Shown piece by piece: positions 58,425 through 64,000 of a DNA stretch of 64,000 bases. The notes under the pieces were generated by a model, which was not told where the DNA came from, did not search any database, and worked only from the letters and a program-made list of their open reading frames with translations. How positions within the stretch are numbered: position 1 is the first letter of the stretch; each line of letters opens with the position of its first letter. Source of the DNA: Eledone cirrhosa (taxonomy: Eukaryota); assembly GCA_964016885.1 (NCBI GenBank), contig OZ024747.1, positions 50,344,001 through 50,408,000 on the forward strand, read 5' to 3'. The translations under genes and the position numbers were made by a program.

Positions 58425-59033
58425 GAGAGACGTAAAATAAGAAAATTATAAAATTAACTTACTTACTAAAAAATCACTTCCAACTAATTAGTTTCTGGAA
58501 TGAAGTAAATATATTTTCCGAAGAAACATATAGAAAATCATTCCGTCATCAGGAAAGTCTTTTTCCGTGTAAGTCTCCAGGCATAGCGAGGACTCTGGAA
58601 ACTTATTAAAAAAATAATTCAGTGGAAAGGAAATAGCGAAGCGTGGACTGGATTCCATGTAGAGGCAGCGATTTTCTCAATGGCTCGGAATCCAGCCCAC
58701 GCTTCGCTATTTCCTTTCCACTGAATTATTTTTTTAATAAGTTTCCAGAGTCCTCGCTATGCCTGGAGACTTACACGGAAAAAGACTTTCCTGATGACGG
58801 AATGATTTTCTATATGTTTCTTCGGAAAATATATTTACTCCATTCCAGAAACTAATTAGTTGGAAGTGATTTTTTAGTAAGTAAGTTAATTTTATAATTT
58901 TCTTATTTTACGTCTCTCATATTATTGTTCTGCAACCCCATGCATTGAACCACAATGTTAATAAGACAAAACCTATATATTTGCTAGCATTGATATGCAT
59001 CTGTGTGTATATAAATGTTACTAGATATAAATT

Positions 59034-59038
<5 letters not shown>
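58421..59038. mobile_element. Family J: ~500 bp palindrome with two complete HHRs (58476-58558 minus, 58785-58867 plus)
   Basis: Arms of about 236 bp with a 30 nt spacer. Plus strand reads ACTTTC-CTGATGA-C-GGAATG...CATTCC-A-GAAA-CTAATTAG-TT-GGAAGT. The tail runs to (TA)n at about 59038. Confidence 0.9.
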
Positions 59039-59072
<34 letters not shown>

Positions 59073-59325
59073 TATATATGTATATATATACAATTTGCAT
59101 ATTCATCTTCTGAATTAATTATCAACACTAGCGCTAATTTTTTGCAAATTAATACGTCCATTTCAGATTACTACTATTAAAGGTGTTTTCTTTTTCAATT
59201 TACAGGGAAATTCTTATTTTCTGGCACGTTAATAGGTCAACATATTAGATTTATACACGTTGGTTTTTATACAGATACAACTTTAACACGCACACACATG
59301 TATATTCATATATATATATATATAT

Positions 59326-59450
59326 GAAAAAGTATGACCCCGACGGCAGAGTTCAAGCCGTTTCGACGGCTATTCCCACTCTACTACCCTAAGTATTGAG
59401 TACTCTGGTGCGTTATGGTCCTTCTTGTTCCTTACCATAATTCCTTTGCT
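59326..59450. mobile_element. Family A element, inverted with deletion
   Basis: Same layout as 5364-5507. Confidence 0.75.
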
Positions 59451-59588
59451 ATATATATATATATATATATATATTTATTAAAATAACAGATTAAAGTTTA
59501 AGCAAAGAATCGCTGCTTTCACCCTTAACGGGATCTTCTGAAACTCGAGCCCTCTTTGGATTTTAGTCTTCAAATTTATTATTATTAC

Positions 59589-59619
<31 letters not shown>

Positions 59620-59642
59620 CAACAATTGTATAGGTGTAAACA

Positions 59643-59813
59643 ATAATTGTTTCTACTTTAGGCACAAGGCCAGCAATTGCCCAGTGCATTACTGGTACTT
59701 TATTTTATCGACCTCGTAAGGATGAAAGGCAAAGTCAACCTCGGCGGGATTTGAACTCAGATCGTTAAGGGACGTAACTATGCTGGAAAGCATGGCGTCC
59801 GACCCTCTACTGA
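59643..59813 (-). mobile_element. OK-like SINE
   Basis: Same family motifs. Confidence 0.85.
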
Positions 59814-60469
59814 TAATGTAATGTCTTTCTGACGAGAAACATAAGGCGTACATCTTTATTTCAAATAGAAATAGTTCTTACAAGACGAGAAACGTTCCGT
59901 TCTCTTAACATTCATTCGTATAAAACTGTCAGTCTGTTTAAGTGCAACTTTATTTCGACTGATAGTGTTGTTAATATTCCAAAATATAACGAAAGAAAAA
60001 TGCTACGAATCAAATATATATAAACATACATATGTCATTACACATGGTGCACATGTGTTGAGGTATGTGTGTGTGTGAGTGTGTGCGAGAGAGGGTGGGA
60101 GGGAGAGAGAGAGAGTGGGAGGGAGAGAGGGGGAGGGTGGGGAGAGAGAGAGAAAGAGATAACCTGGATTTCTGACCCAGTGTTAAGAGTAGTGGTGCCC
60201 TTCTGGAAAGGGAACATTATGGCGGTTGCATAGATGGTTGATTAACTGGCAAGGAACAGCAGCTCGATACTAGGATTACTAATCATGGATTAATCATCTA
60301 CGCACATACACATACACAAATACACACACATGCGCGCACACACACACACGCACATACATCCACATACCCACACACACATGTATTATATACATTTTATTGG
60401 ATTTTAGTCTTCCTATTTCTTCTTCTTCTTCTTCTTCTTTTTCTTCTTCTTCTTCTTCTTCTTCTTCTT

Positions 60470-60543
<74 letters not shown>

Positions 60544-60545
60544 CG

Positions 60546-60731
60546 TTGGATTGGCAGTATCGGTAGAGGGCCGGACGCCACGCTTTGACGCATAGAGTTA
60601 CGGCCCTTGCCATTCTGAGTTCAAATCCCGCCGAGGTTAACTTTGCCTTTCATCCTTACGGGGTCGATAAAATAAAGTACCAGTAATACACTGGGTAATT
60701 TGCTGGCCTTGTGCCAAAAGTAGAAACAATT
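60546..60731 (+). mobile_element. OK-like SINE (near full length)
   Basis: Same family motifs, followed by an (ATT)n tail. Confidence 0.85.
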
Positions 60732-60784
60732 ATTATTATTATTATTGTCCCCTACATGTCGGCCGTTGTGGCTAATAAATGAAA

Positions 60785-60819
<35 letters not shown>

Positions 60820-60891
60820 TGTACCGTCCTGCATTGTCCTGCACTGTCCTTAATGTCTACTTTATGTAAACCCTTGTGGTTAATAAAGAAA

Positions 60892-60944
<53 letters not shown>

Positions 60945-60948
60945 TTTA

Positions 60949-60995
<47 letters not shown>

Positions 60996-61081
60996 CATAT
61001 ATTCATGGTCTAGCATGACCGAACAGAACAATGACGACTGAAACCATTAGAAATCCACCCATCCATCCGTACATATATACC

Positions 61082-61119
<38 letters not shown>

Positions 61120-61535
61120 AGGGGGGGGGATATTTATGGGTGTATACGTGTATGGATGAATATGTGTGTAAATTTATGAGTGTATGTATAAATATATATA
61201 TATAATATGTGAGCCTAGTTGTCTAGTTCCTTATATGGAATTTGTATTTGCTGTTTGGAGACCGGCTTCTTTAGTTTAGAAATATAAATAATTATATAAC
61301 AGAAGGGTTTATATACATACATGCTCTTTTATATGCACATATATGTATATACATGCATATTTATATGTATACTTGCATATATGCATACATACATTTATAA
61401 ATGCGTACTTTTAGATATGCAGACACACACGCACATACGTACATATGTTCATAGATACATACACACGTGCGTGTGTACATAACTACATACATAAGTATGT
61501 GCTTGTATATATACACATATACGTTTCTACATGCA

Positions 61536-61575
<40 letters not shown>

Positions 61576-61611
61576 CATCTATCCATCTATCTATATCTAT
61601 ATCTGTATCTA

Positions 61612-61770
<159 letters not shown>

Positions 61771-62229
61771 GTATATATATATATAGTTGCATAGGTGCAT
61801 ACATACTTAATATATACATACATATAGACATATACGTACGTACACACATTCATAGATACAACGGACGTACGTGCGTACATACATACATACATATATATAG
61901 GCTTGTATATATATATATATATATATATTTACGTATATACATGCATATTTATTGACATACATGCATATAGGCATACATATATCATATATGCATACATTCA
62001 TAAATGCATGCATACATGCCTATATAGACAACTACGTACATACACACTTTCATAGATATACATGTACATACCTGCGTACATGTACGTATATGCATACATT
62101 AATATATAAATGCATGCTACATATATACAAATATACATACATACATGCATAATACATACATATGTAATACATACATACATACATGCACACACACACATGC
62201 ATGCATACATACATATATCACATATTTAT

Positions 62230-62560
62230 TGGTGGTATCCGAAAATAAAAACTGCCTCGAAATTATATCACAACCGACCAAATATGGTTATTTGAGACTA
62301 GAAAATAAAACATAGTTTGGTCTGGAAGTCAGCTGCACATGTGATATTTAATATGGTCGGAAAAATACAGAAGGAAGATATTTATGGATCAATGATGAAG
62401 AATTTGCATATCCAGAGCCCAAAAATATACCTTAAGCTTCATTCCAATGAATTTGGTTAATAATTATATATGTGTATATATTAGCAAGTATTGCACCAAA
62501 AAATATATAAACATCGGAGAGAAGAGAAATTAGGAATTTATTTGCTTTAACATATGTTTC
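62230..62560 (+). pseudogene. Restriction-like endonuclease (RLE) fragment of an R4/Dong-type non-LTR element
   Basis: WWYPKIKTASKLYHNRPNMVI*D...LEVSCTCD...EDIYG...FIP resembles the HNRPD...E....D RLE motif. Degraded. Confidence 0.6.
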
Positions 62561-62755
62561 TGTATCTATTTTAATTGTCTACATACGCTGACTACAATAT
62601 ATGTTGTTCAATCATATGCAATACTTAATTATTTATCACACTTCTTTAGAAAGCTTATAATTGTGGAAGTGACTATCCACTACGCGGTAGAATTCAGGAA
62701 TCAGTTTTCTTGTTTAATCGTTCATTCCTGATATACATAAACAAAACCATATCTA

Positions 62756-62789
<34 letters not shown>

Positions 62790-63277
62790 TAAAAAGGAAA
62801 AGAAAATGCTGAAACATTTTTCCCAGTGAAAAATAGTTTAATTAGGAATAAGTATAAATTAGTAATAAGTATTAGTTAGTATTCAGTTTTAGTTTTAAGT
62901 TTTTACCGGTTGCGCATTTCTTATGCTTTTCAAAAATAATTTTGAGATAGAGTGCTCGTGATTTTTGCTCTAATCTGATCAGTTTTGGAAATTCTTCCTG
63001 TTTTATGTGAAAAAAGTGGCTTGGAAGGTATTAAGATTTGATTGGTTGTTGAATGTCACGTGAATAAGCACTATAAATTTCGCGCCAATTCGTGTTGCAA
63101 AAATTCTTGTAGTCAAGACAATTTTGATTGGTCGGTAGAAGTTACGTGAATGTTTAAATTGATTTTAGCGCAAGCTGGTTTCGCGCCAAAATGTGGGTTT
63201 GTCGAAGAGTGTCTTTTCCGCTTGATTGAGTTGCAGTCATGTTGAGAGGTCAACAGTTCAGGTGTCTATTAAGACAA

Positions 63278-63360
<83 letters not shown>

Positions 63361-63409
63361 TGTGTGTATATATATATATTTATATATATAAATGTAAGTA
63401 TGCACACGT

Positions 63410-63479
<70 letters not shown>

Positions 63480-63639
63480 GATCCTGACTCCAATGCTGAG
63501 GGTATCAATAAAGTTAACTCGCACCACAACAATAATCCTTGTAAAAACCACATAAAAAGAAATTATGTTAAAAACAAAAATATAAATAATACTGTACTGA
63601 ACCACACGAAATAATATAGTTAATCACAATAACATAAAT

Positions 63640-64000
63640 GAAAATTATAAGAAGAATAGAAGAAGTAATACATTTTTTAATCCTCCTTTCAACTTAAATG
63701 TCTCCACCAACACACCTAAAGATTTCTTCTCAATTACAGATAAAAATTTCCCCATTAACCATAAATACCATAACCTATTTAACAAAAATACTATTAAAAT
63801 CTCTTACTCTACAACACCTAACACTGCGGACCATATAGCTAGCAGTAAAAAGGGGAAAATTAATAAATACTTCAAATTACGCCAAGCTAATAACGTCCAA
63901 CATAGAAATAACCTTAATAATAACTCAGTACAGGTCTATATTGTAAGTAATAGTAATAGTAATAATACCAATAATAATGACATTAATACTTACCATAACC
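63640..64000 (+). pseudogene. PLE RT C-terminal region fragment (possibly Naiad-like), runs off the window
   Basis: RRSNTFFNPPFNLNVSTNTPKDFFSITDKNFPINHKYHNLFNKNTIKISYSTTPN matches the PLE motif FNPPF..V.TN...F..I.K.FP..H...FN.NT.K.SYS..PN. Confidence 0.7.

Overview
Repeat-dense eukaryotic DNA, most likely from an octopus. The basis is about 15 copies of a tRNA-derived SINE resembling the octopus OK family plus extreme (TA)n/(CA)n/(GA)n/(TATG)n content. No intact host gene is supported, and almost all ORFs in the track are microsatellite read-throughs. Decayed transposons I can recognise: a Tx1/L1-clade LINE (32.0-35.4 kb) plus a separate 3' piece, a Penelope-like element (PLE) with a GIY-YIG domain (38.7-41.1 kb), further PLE fragments, RTE and RLE-type LINE fragments, and a deleted mariner. 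The main signal is a dense set of short non-coding elements from roughly ten sequence families. They carry type I hammerhead ribozyme (HHR) motifs, usually abut (TA)n at their 3' end, and often form head-to-head palindromes whose centre lies in or near the ribozyme. Several HHRs have palindromic stem III, a recurrent mismatch at the base of stem II, and compensatory base changes between copies. One locus has a tandem-HHR, retrozyme-like layout. All structure calls were made by eye and ribozyme activity is untested.
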